This document shows positions 51,309-60,214 of a stretch of DNA of 64,000 nt, piece after piece. A program made the translations under genes and the position numbers. This DNA is from Gracilimonas sp. (GTDB lineage Bacteria; Bacteroidota; Rhodothermia; Balneolales; Balneolaceae), in the NCBI GenBank assembly GCA_034520725.1, contig JAXHNH010000009.1, positions 7,252 through 71,251 of the forward strand, written 5' to 3'. The notes beneath the pieces were generated by a model. That model worked only from the letters and a program-made list of their open reading frames with translations, ran no database searches and was not told the origin of the DNA. The first letter of the stretch is position 1. Every line of letters starts with the position of its first letter.

Positions 51309-52641
51309 ATGCCAAAGAAGAAAGAGAAGAAGATCTTCGTTCTCGACACATCCGTTCTGCTCTACGACTATGAAGCTGTCCGAAATTTTGAAAAAAATGA
51401 TGTAGCCATTCCTATCACCGTTCTGGAAGAACTGGATACCTTCAAAAAAGGTAACAATGTGATCAATTTGCATGCAAGGGAATTCATTCGCTATCTGGAT
51501 GGGATCTCTGATACAAACATGCTTCAAAACTGGATCCCATTGAATGGCAGGTCTCACGGTAATCTTCGGGTGATTACCAATCAGAACAGTTCGCTGGATG
51601 CCACAAAGGTGTACGGGTCCGATAAGAATGATCACCGGATCATAAATGCTGCCTTACATCTGAAGGAGGAGAATCCTGATCAGCGTGTCATTCTTGTTTC
51701 AAAAGATATAAACCTGAGGCTGAAGGCCCGGGCTCTCAATCTGGAGGCGGAAGATTATGAGACTATTCAGATCAAGGATATTGAGCATCTTTATAGGGGT
51801 AAAACTGAGGTTGAAGTTGAAAATCCGGCAACCATTGCAAAGTTCTATGAAGAAGGTGAGATAGATCCGAAGGATCTGGGGCAGAAAGACCCTTCCTGTA
51901 ACCATTACTACATCATGAAAGCTCATGGAGCATCAGCTTTAGGTTGGTTCAATCCAAAATCTAAAATGATCGAAGTGGTAGACAAGGTTCATGCTTATGG
52001 CATTCACCCCAAAAATGCTGAACAGACCTTTGCGCTTACATGCCCTGCAAAATAAGAAGGTGCTTTGTACCACTGTGACCGGTGCAGCCGGGACCGGAAA
52101 GACTTTATTGGCACTGGCAGCCGCGTTGGAACAGCGAAGTGATTTTAAGCAAGTGTATATGGCCCGGCCGATCGTACCGCTTAGCAATAAAGACCTGGGT
52201 TTTCTGCCGGGTGATGCCAATCAGAAGATAGATCCATACATGCAGCCCCTTTGGGATAATCTTAGCTATATAAAAAATCAATACAAGGAAAGCAGTAAGC
52301 ATTTCAAGAAAATTGATGAGATGCTGCAAACCGACAAACTCAGAATTGTTCCGCTGGCCTATATTCGCGGCCGAAGTTTATCCAATGTGATATTTATTAT
52401 CGATGAAGCTCAGAACCTGACACCCCATGAAGTCAAAACCATTATCACACGGGCGGGACAGAACACCAAGATCATCTTCACGGGAGACATCTTTCAGATC
52501 GATACCCCATATCTTGATGCTCAAAGTAACGGGCTTAGTTATTTAGTGGACAGAATGCACGACCATGAACTGTATGCACACATTAATTTAGAGAAAGGAG
52601 AACGATCGGATCTGGCTAATTTAGCCTCGAAACTTTTATAA
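51309..52641 (+). CDS. phoH: PhoH-family protein (N-terminal PIN domain plus ATPase), split by one +1 frameshift at 52035-52038
   Basis: [11 protein letters not shown] motif; [12 protein letters not shown]; GAAGTGKT; YIRGRSL; IDEAQN; GDIFQID. Confidence 0.88.
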
Positions 52642-52712
52642 AGTACAAGGTACAAGGTGTTAGGGTCAAGGTGTAAGTGGTGTCTTGAACCTCGTGCTAA
52701 ACCTTGTGCCTA
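52641..52712. repeat. Period-7 palindromic array between convergent genes
   Basis: AAG/TAG at 52647, 52654, 52661, 52668, 52675; CTT/CTC/CTA arm at 52684-52712. Confidence 0.6.
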
Positions 52713-52715
52713 AAA

Positions 52716-52964
52716 TTAATTTTCTTTGGAGGGGCTTAGGAAATCAACCTGGAATCTGAAATGCTCTGTTTCAAGGGCCATGATATCGTAAAGGTCTTGT
52801 ACTACCTTGAATACTTCTTTTGGAGCTCCAATAATGGTAGAGGACAGATAGCCGACTTCAATTTCCACATCATATTGAGCCAGGTGCTCCAGCAGATCCT
52901 GGACTTTTTCTCTTGGGTCGTCTTCTGATAGCGGGATATAGGTTAGCTGTGCAATGGTTCTCAT
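52716..52964 (-). CDS. MTH1187/YkoF-like thiamine-binding small protein
   Basis: AQLTYIPL; EVGYLSSTIIG..EVF..VQDL fits this ferredoxin-like family. Confidence 0.65.
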   Translation of the reverse strand: MRTIAQLTYIPLSEDDPREKVQDLLEHLAQYDVEIEVGYLSSTIIGAPKEVFKVVQDLYDIMALETEHFRFQVDFLSPSKEN

Positions 52965-53042
52965 AGGAAATAAGGCTGATTTTATTTAATACTTTTAATT
53001 AGTTCAAAGATAAGGCAGAAGAGGTAAAGAGGCTAATTTAAG

Positions 53043-53084
53043 TGAATATTGAATATTCAATAATTAATCCTGATTATTGAATGA
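53043..53084. repeat. Period-7 AT-rich array
   Basis: tgaatat tgaatat tcaataa ttaatcc tgattat tgaatga. Confidence 0.5.
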
Positions 53085-53184
53085 GATATTTGGACTAATT
53101 AGTTCTGATTGGCCAAGGCTAAGTTGGGTCTTAATTTGATCTCAATAAAACCAAATCTCATATTTATGCAAATCAAGCAATGAA

Positions 53185-53613
53185 ATGGAAAAATACATGA
53201 AAGATCTTATCAAGGAATTTAAAGAGTTTGTTTCTCGGGGGAATGTAATTGAACTGGCCGTTGGATTGATCATGGCTACGTACTTTGGAGCTATCGTCAA
53301 ATCATTTGTGAATGATATCATCATGCCGCCGGTGGGATACCTTATTGCCGGGGTTGATTTTGCTGAACTCAAATTTCAGATCGCTGAGCGTACCTTAGCA
53401 GATGGTACACTCGAAGCTGTTACCATTAATTATGGAGCTTTCATCAACACTATCATTACTTTTGTGATAGTATCCGCAGCTATTTTTATAGTGGTAAGAG
53501 CCTACAACAATTTCATGAAAAAGGAAGAGGAAAAACCTACTCCCAAAACTGCGGCACCCAGTAAGGAAGAAATGCTGCTGACAGAGATCAGAGATCTTTT
53601 GAAGAAATCATAG
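53185..53613 (+). CDS. mscL: Large-conductance mechanosensitive channel
   Basis: KEFKEFVSRGNVIELAVG, NDIIMPP, YGAFI, LLTEIRDLL. Confidence 0.97.
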   Translation: MEKYMKDLIKEFKEFVSRGNVIELAVGLIMATYFGAIVKSFVNDIIMPPVGYLIAGVDFAELKFQIAERTLADGTLEAVTINYGAFINTIITFVIVSAAIFIVVRAYNNFMKKEEEKPTPKTAAPSKEEMLLTEIRDLLKKS

Positions 53614-53658
53614 TACCCATCCAACTAAAACCTGATTCTAGAAAACTAAAGCCGACTT

Positions 53659-55710
53659 ATGAGTAAGAAAGACACATTAATTCCATTTGTTTCTGCTGAT
53701 GATGATCTTCCACAAATTACCGTAAAAGCTGTGATCCTTGGGTTTTTACTCTCTGCCATTCTCGCCGGAGCAAACGCCTATTTGGGTTTGAAGGTTGGAA
53801 TGACGGTTTCTGCATCCATTCCTGCTGCGGTTATCTCAATGGCAGTATTGAGGCTTTTCAAGGAATCCAATATCCTGGAAAATAACATCGTGCAAACGGC
53901 AGCCTCAGCGGGTGAATCATTAGCAGCGGGGGTTATTTTTACACTTCCTGCACTCATTCTGCTTAAATACTGGTTGGATTTTCCTTTTATGGAAACGGCC
54001 GCAATAGCCATGTTTGGTGGAATTCTTGGCGTGTTGTTCACCATTCCGCTGCGGCGTGCATTGATCATAGAAAGTGAGCTTCAGTTTCCTGAGGGCGTTG
54101 CAACGGGTGAGGTTTTAAAAGCAGGAACCGAAGGCGGGAAAGGAATTAAAACCATTATTCAGGCAGGTGTCGCGGCTGCGTTATTCAAGTTGAGTCAAAC
54201 CGGATTGAAAGTATTTGCAGGATCCGTTGGGGGCTCAGTAAAAGCCGGAAAGTCTATCTTTGGAATGGGAGCTGATCTTTCGGTGGCATTGCTGGCCGTT
54301 GGATATATTGTTGGTCTCAATATTGCTGTGTTGATCTTTGCTGGTGGGCTTATTTCCTGGCTGTTTGGCATTCCTATCTATATGGCTCTTTCAAGTCCTG
54401 AGGAGATCACTGCAATTGTAGGGGCTGCTGAAGGCTACGATGCTGCTCTTGCCATTTGGAGCCAAAAGATACGTTATATGGGTGTGGGTGCTATGGTTGT
54501 AGGAGGTGTGTGGGCACTGATATCCTTGGCCAAACCACTGGTAGATGGCATTAAGTCATCCATGGCCGCCGTTAAGCAACTCAAAAAAGGTGGCAGTGCC
54601 AGTATTCCAAGAACCGAGCAGGATACCCCTATCAATATTGTGATATGGGGGGTGATTGGCCTGGCTATTCCGATCTTTATTGTATTCATATATGTGATCG
54701 ACATTGAACATTTAGCGGTCAGTTCCGGAGCATACTGGACGGCTATTACTTTTGGTGTGGTATTCTCTTTATTTGCCGGATTTTTGTTCTCATCAGTGGC
54801 GGGTTATATGGCCGGTTTGGTAGGGTCATCCAATAATCCGATCTCGGGTGTTACCATTGCTACAGTATTGGCAACTTCTCTGTGCCTTCTGGCAATTTTA
54901 GGAGGAGAAGTTGATTTTGCCGCAGACCTTGAAAAGGCTAAAAGTGCGGCTGCAGCTGCCATCATTGTGGGGGCGATGATCGCCTGCGCGGCGGCTCTTG
55001 CCGGAGATAACTTGCAGGATCTCAAAGCGGGTCAGATTGTTGGAGCTACACCCTATAAACAGCAGATCATGCAGATCGTGGGTGTTGTGGCCGCTGCTAT
55101 TGTGATCGCACCGATACTGAGTTTGCTTTTCAATGCCTACGGGTTGGGTGGTGTCTTCCCAAGAGAGGGGATGAATCCACAGGAAATGTTGACGGCTCCA
55201 CAGGCCACCCTTATGCAGGCTGTGGCAGAAGGCGTATTTGCACGAAATTTAGAATGGACGATGATCATTATTGGAGCCTTGATCGCAGTGGCTATCATCA
55301 TCCTGGATCAGGTCCTGAAAAGCAAAGGTTCCGAATTCAGAACACCGGTATTGGCTGTAGCTGTTGGGATCTATTTACCGGTTGAACTTTCTGTTCCGAT
55401 CTTTATTGGTGGAATGATCGCGTGGGGTGCAGCGAAAGTGGTACGGAACAGAGCCCGAAAAGCGGGTGAAAACATTCAGGAGGCAGAGGGCAATGCTGAA
55501 AGGAAAGGACTTTTGTTCTCATCAGGTTTGATCACGGGAGAAGCGTTGATCGGGATCATTTTAGCTATTCCGTTTGCTCTATTTGAAAGCACGGATGCCC
55601 TTCGCATCATGCCAGAAGGGATGGAATGGCTAACCAGTCTACTGGGTATGGGTGCCGCTTTGTTCTTTATGATCTGGCTGTATAAAGTTGCGATCAAGAA
55701 AGGGGATTAG
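53659..55710 (+). CDS. OPT-family oligopeptide transporter
   Basis: AYLGLKVG.TVSASIPAA, ENNIVQT, FPEGVA, SSNNPISG, DLKAG, APQA. Confidence 0.93.
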   Translation: MSKKDTLIPFVSADDDLPQITVKAVILGFLLSAILAGANAYLGLKVGMTVSASIPAAVISMAVLRLFKESNILENNIVQTAASAGESLAAGVIFTLPALILLKYWLDFPFMETAAIAMFGGILGVLFTIPLRRALIIESELQFPEGVATGEVLKAGTEGGKGIKTIIQAGVAAALFKLSQTGLKVFAGSVGGSVKAGKSIFGMGADLSVALLAVGYIVGLNIAVLIFAGGLISWLFGIPIYMALSSPEEITAIVGAAEGYDAALAIWSQKIRYMGVGAMVVGGVWALISLAKPLVDGIKSSMAAVKQLKKGGSASIPRTEQDTPINIVIWGVIGLAIPIFIVFIYVIDIEHLAVSSGAYWTAITFGVVFSLFAGFLFSSVAGYMAGLVGSSNNPISGVTIATVLATSLCLLAILGGEVDFAADLEKAKSAAAAAIIVGAMIACAAALAGDNLQDLKAGQIVGATPYKQQIMQIVGVVAAAIVIAPILSLLFNAYGLGGVFPREGMNPQEMLTAPQATLMQAVAEGVFARNLEWTMIIIGALIAVAIIILDQVLKSKGSEFRTPVLAVAVGIYLPVELSVPIFIGGMIAWGAAKVVRNRARKAGENIQEAEGNAERKGLLFSSGLITGEALIGIILAIPFALFESTDALRIMPEGMEWLTSLLGMGAALFFMIWLYKVAIKKGD

Positions 55711-55718
55711 AAATAATC

Positions 55719-56531
55719 CTATTTATCGAGGCTGACTACATCTACAGTGGTCAGTTCCTTTCCTAAGAAACGTTCTGCCAGTTCGTGAAAGCGTTGTGGA
55801 CGATCACTGACATAACAGTGAAAATTTCCGCCATCGTTATTCAGGAGATCCATTTCAGCCAGTTTCTGTTTGGCTGATGCTGCAATGGATTCGGCTGAAT
55901 CAATGATCTTCACATTTTTGTCTTTCAGGATCTGAGGAATGGTTTTTTTAAACAGCGGATAATGCGTGCAGCCAAGTATCAGCGTTTGTATTCCTGAATT
56001 ATCAAAATGATCAAGGTAGTGGTGCAAGGTCTGAATGGCTACATCGTTGTCGATCCAGCCTTCTTCAGCCAATGGTACCAGCATGGGGCAGGCCTGCTGA
56101 TCAACTTTTATGGTTGAGTCAAAGGCATGGATGGATTCCACGTAAGCTTTGGAATTTATAGTTCCAAGAGTGCCGATAACACCAATGTTCTTATGTTCAG
56201 GCATCTCCACGGCAGTTCGAGTACCGGCCGTAATTACATCTAACACCGGAATATCACCGGCTGCCTGTATGATCTCCTCTTTTGCAGAAGCAGATACCGT
56301 ATTGCAGGCGATCAGGATCATCTTCACCCCGCGCTTCATTAAGAAATTGGTGATCTGAAGCGCATAGGTGCGAACCGTTTCCTCCGATTTAATTCCATAG
56401 GGAACCCGGGCGGTATCCCCAAAATAGATGATATCTTCGTCAGGTAATGCGTCGATGACGGCTTTAGCAACGGTAAGACCGCCAATACCTGAGTCAAAAA
56501 TGCCTATTGGAGCTTTCTTTAAATCTTGCAA
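55719..56531 (-). CDS. murI: Glutamate racemase
   Basis: IGIFDSGIGGLT, GDTARVPYG, IACNT, LGCTHYP. Confidence 0.97.
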   Translation of the reverse strand: MQDLKKAPIGIFDSGIGGLTVAKAVIDALPDEDIIYFGDTARVPYGIKSEETVRTYALQITNFLMKRGVKMILIACNTVSASAKEEIIQAAGDIPVLDVITAGTRTAVEMPEHKNIGVIGTLGTINSKAYVESIHAFDSTIKVDQQACPMLVPLAEEGWIDNDVAIQTLHHYLDHFDNSGIQTLILGCTHYPLFKKTIPQILKDKNVKIIDSAESIAASAKQKLAEMDLLNNDGGNFHCYVSDRPQRFHELAERFLGKELTTVDVVSLDK

Positions 56532-56612
56532 AATTTGTAGGATGTGGAATTAATTATTGATGGAAGGTATTCAATTCTTAAATCTTAATTCAAGCATTTG
56601 TACTTTGTTCCT

Positions 56613-58691
56613 ATGAACAAAATAATTTCGTTATCAGTAGTATTTATAATTTTACCATTTTCATTGTTTGGACAGACCGATCCAGATACTCTCAAAGGTG
56701 ATCTGGGTGATATTGTTGTTGTCGGTTATGAGGGAAACAGAAGTCTCATGGAAACCCCGGGAGCCATTTCAAATATCAGGGCTGAGCGCATATCAGGTTT
56801 TGATGAAAGCTCTATGGTGTATGGCCTGAATTCGGTACCGGGTGTCAGGATCGAGCAACGGGCGCCGGGAAGTTATCGGGTGGCCATCAGGGGAAGTTCA
56901 CTTCGTGCTCCCTTTGGTGTTCGCAATGTCAAGATCTACTGGAATGATATACCTTTCACAGAACCTTCAGGCAGTACACCGTTAAATTTATTGGATGTTA
57001 TCAATATGCAGGAAGCGGAGGTTATCAAGGGGCCAGCCGGTAGTATTTACGGTGCAGGAAACGGAGGAGCTATATTATTTAACAGTCGGCAAAGCAACCG
57101 GAATGTGGTTGGTGCAGGCGCTATGATAGGTTCATACGGTTTGAACCGATATACTGCTTATGCTGAGCAACAAACTGACAGGGCTAATTTGAGGTTCAAT
57201 TATTCGAGTCAAAGTTCCGATGGCTACAGGGAACAATCATTTTTAGAAAGGCAGACAGCCGAGCTTTCATCAAGATTTCAGCTGAATGACAAACAGGTTA
57301 TCAAAACCAGTTTTTTGTATTCCGATCTGTATTATGGCATTCCGGGTGGATTGACCCTACAGCAATATCAGGAAGATCCAAGTCAGGCCAGGCAGGGTAA
57401 TCCATTTGTGCTGGGCAGTGTTGAGGCCAACGCAAGTATCGATCAGCAGGCTTTCCTTGCAGGAATCAGCCATGACGTAGAGATCAACAAGAATCTTTCA
57501 AATCTGACAACACTATATGGCACCTTCAGTGCATTTGAAAATCCATTCAACCTCGATTACAAAAAAGACAGCCGTAAAACGGGAGGCGGAAGAACCCGTT
57601 TTTATCTGGATACCGACATTGGTGAGGTGAGAACCCGGTTTACCTTTGGGGGTGAATATCAGGCTGCAAATTACGCTGCCCGGAATTATGAAAATGAAGG
57701 TGGAGTAACAGGTGACCTAAATTTTGATGATGAGATAAAGTTACAGTCATCCCTGCTGTTTTTGAATACTGAAGTGGATCTGCCAAATGATATATACTTG
57801 ACTGCAGGTCTTAGTTATAATCGATTGAAGTATAAACTGAACCGATTAGCAACTAATTTACAGGATGACAATACAGGCGTTGCGGAAAAATCTTTTGACC
57901 CTGAGATCATTCCAAGAATTGGTTTGGTCAAAAAGTTTTCAAAAAGTTTGTCGGTTCACGGAAGTATCAGCTATGGATTTTCACCTCCAACCATCGAAGA
58001 ATTCAGAACCAATGAGGGTAGTATTGCATTAGACCTGGAAGCGGAACAGGGAACTAATTATGAAGCAGGTTTCAGGGGAAGCTTTCCGCAAGCCCGATTT
58101 AGTTACGATATAACCGGATTCATTTTCAAGCTAAGTGAAACGATAGTTCAGCAACCCTCTGACAGGAATTCGACCGTGGTTTTTGAAAATACCGGAGCTA
58201 CCGATCAGTATGGTATTGAAGTTGCAACAAGCTGGCAGGTCATCCAAAACAGGGACCAATTTATTGAAGGATTGGCCTGGGATATTTCATACAGTTATCA
58301 TGACTTTAGTTTTGTGGATTACCAAAAGGAAGGTGAGGATTATTCCGGCAATGAACTGACCGGGGTAGCACCACATACTTTGAATTCCAGCTGGAAACTA
58401 GACATGGCTGCCGGTTTTTATTTGAACCTGAACTATAATTTCACCGATGAGATCCCACTGAACGATGCTAATACAGTCTACTCAGAGGCCTATCATCTGT
58501 TGCAAAGCAAGGTGGGATACAGGATGGAGCTTTTAGAAAATTTAAACCTGAATGTTTTCTTTGGGATCGATAATCTGCTGGATGAAAAGTACAGCCTTGG
58601 AAATGATCTGAATGCCTTTGGAAATCGTTTTTATCAGCCGGCAGCACCTCGAAATTGGTTTGGTGGTGTGAAACTGAATGTTGAATTATGA
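56613..58691 (+). CDS. TonB-dependent receptor
   Basis: Signal peptide; IRGSSLR.PFGVRN plug; EVIKGPAGSIYGAG; PRNWFGG terminus; ATG 56613 preferred. Confidence 0.9.
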   Translation: MNKIISLSVVFIILPFSLFGQTDPDTLKGDLGDIVVVGYEGNRSLMETPGAISNIRAERISGFDESSMVYGLNSVPGVRIEQRAPGSYRVAIRGSSLRAPFGVRNVKIYWNDIPFTEPSGSTPLNLLDVINMQEAEVIKGPAGSIYGAGNGGAILFNSRQSNRNVVGAGAMIGSYGLNRYTAYAEQQTDRANLRFNYSSQSSDGYREQSFLERQTAELSSRFQLNDKQVIKTSFLYSDLYYGIPGGLTLQQYQEDPSQARQGNPFVLGSVEANASIDQQAFLAGISHDVEINKNLSNLTTLYGTFSAFENPFNLDYKKDSRKTGGGRTRFYLDTDIGEVRTRFTFGGEYQAANYAARNYENEGGVTGDLNFDDEIKLQSSLLFLNTEVDLPNDIYLTAGLSYNRLKYKLNRLATNLQDDNTGVAEKSFDPEIIPRIGLVKKFSKSLSVHGSISYGFSPPTIEEFRTNEGSIALDLEAEQGTNYEAGFRGSFPQARFSYDITGFIFKLSETIVQQPSDRNSTVVFENTGATDQYGIEVATSWQVIQNRDQFIEGLAWDISYSYHDFSFVDYQKEGEDYSGNELTGVAPHTLNSSWKLDMAAGFYLNLNYNFTDEIPLNDANTVYSEAYHLLQSKVGYRMELLENLNLNVFFGIDNLLDEKYSLGNDLNAFGNRFYQPAAPRNWFGGVKLNVEL

Positions 58692-58698
58692 CATGGAT

Positions 58699-58727
58699 TC
58701 GCCACGCCGCAGAGCAACAGGAGCAAG
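58699..58727. repeat. Degenerate GCAGAGC-core REP
   Basis: tcgccacgccgcagagcaacaggagcaag between convergent genes. Confidence 0.4.
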
Positions 58728-58752
58728 TCTAAAACTGTAATCGCCAAGATCT

Positions 58753-60009
58753 TTACAGACGAGGATTTACTACGTTGTTGTAGATTGAACCAAATGAAAA
58801 TGACAGACCAAATCTCACCTCGTAAGAATAAGAAGTAAACCGCTGACGAAGATCAAGAAGTTGTTCAGCATCCGTAATGTCGCCTGCAGGTATAGATAAT
58901 TGATTACGGATCCATGCATATTCACCGGACACGTAAATAGAAAAACCCCTGTATATCCTAAAGTTAAGTCGTGATTCAGTTACCAGTCTGTTCTTACTCA
59001 AATCATGCATGTAAGCTGATGCATTGATTTCAGTCCGGAATTCTCCCCAAGGCTGAGTAAATCGGATGTTAGATCTAAGCTGATGTTCAAGTAGAAACTC
59101 AGATGACTTTCCATAGATGGTCTTTTCGTTATAGTCATTGTAACCACCTGTGAAACGGTATAGAAATGTAATTTCGCGTTCCGTAAATTCCTCGTATGGA
59201 AAAACACTGTACTCCAATGCGAGGCTCCCATCTGCTAAGAGCGCAAGATTATCGCGTGTTGAAGAACGTAAGTTTGATGAACCTCCGACAGACCAATGAT
59301 TAGATAAACTTTTTACAACCAGTAGATCAGCTGTACGGCTTTCGGTGTTAAAAGTACGAGTTGTATCATCATCCGTGAATTTCCGACGTTCATAATATTG
59401 TTGTATTTCAAATTCCACCTTCCAGTCAGGGGTAATTCTTTCGGCTTTAGCATTACCTCGTAAAGAAAATTCTTTTTCAGATTCTTCGCCTTCCAGGTCC
59501 ATATCTGTATTTATTTCAAATACCCAAAAATCCCAATCATCTATTGTCTGTGTCTCATCTTGTACTTCACTGGGAATATAATTGATCGTTAAGTTTTCAG
59601 AAACAGGTAGGTTAGCTAAGAAAAAGAATAAACCCTTTTTTATGTAGTCATTGAGGCCGTTTCTGATCTCATCATCTGTGTCTGATTCTGCAGAATAATA
59701 GGTTAAATTTCTGCTCAAATCAGTGAACTCGTTTTTTCCAATAAATTGAAGCGTAAATTTTTGTCCACCGCTGCCAGTTTGTTGTGTAGTTATCATAAGT
59801 TGAAGGTCAGCTTCATCCTTATTCCTAACGTAATTAATGAATGGGATCTTTTCTCGAATGTAAGATTCATCGCAACGCCATGTGCGGCAATCCAAGAATA
59901 CATCTATTGTTTCGTTTGGAGTATCAGACGAACTTTGAGCAATCGAAACTTTTGATGGTAACAGAAAAAAAAGTATAAAAGAAAAAAAGAAGGATCTCTT
60001 GAGAACCAT
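58753..60009 (-). CDS. Hypothetical outer-membrane beta-barrel-like protein
   Basis: Signal-like MVLKRSFFFSFILFFLL at 60009; VFLDCRTWRC; alternating aromatic strands; YNNVVNPRL end. Confidence 0.6.
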   Translation of the reverse strand: MVLKRSFFFSFILFFLLPSKVSIAQSSSDTPNETIDVFLDCRTWRCDESYIREKIPFINYVRNKDEADLQLMITTQQTGSGGQKFTLQFIGKNEFTDLSRNLTYYSAESDTDDEIRNGLNDYIKKGLFFFLANLPVSENLTINYIPSEVQDETQTIDDWDFWVFEINTDMDLEGEESEKEFSLRGNAKAERITPDWKVEFEIQQYYERRKFTDDDTTRTFNTESRTADLLVVKSLSNHWSVGGSSNLRSSTRDNLALLADGSLALEYSVFPYEEFTEREITFLYRFTGGYNDYNEKTIYGKSSEFLLEHQLRSNIRFTQPWGEFRTEINASAYMHDLSKNRLVTESRLNFRIYRGFSIYVSGEYAWIRNQLSIPAGDITDAEQLLDLRQRFTSYSYEVRFGLSFSFGSIYNNVVNPRL

Positions 60010-60214
60010 TAAATCAAGAAAGGTGTGAATTATTTCTGACTCCTTAAAAAAAAGTAACGGCATCCAATAGAGTTTGAGGCGAATGTTTTTATTTATATAA
60101 GTACTATTAATGTATATAATTAACGACCGCAACCATCTAAAATCATGTAAAGACTATGTGATGATATTAGTGGTGTTTTTGTTGCGCCTAAAACATCATT
60201 AAAATACTATAAGT

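Noticed and set aside
52965-53184. TPP riboswitch upstream of the YkoF-like gene
   Set aside because: No CUGAGA / GAACCUGA core on the minus strand.
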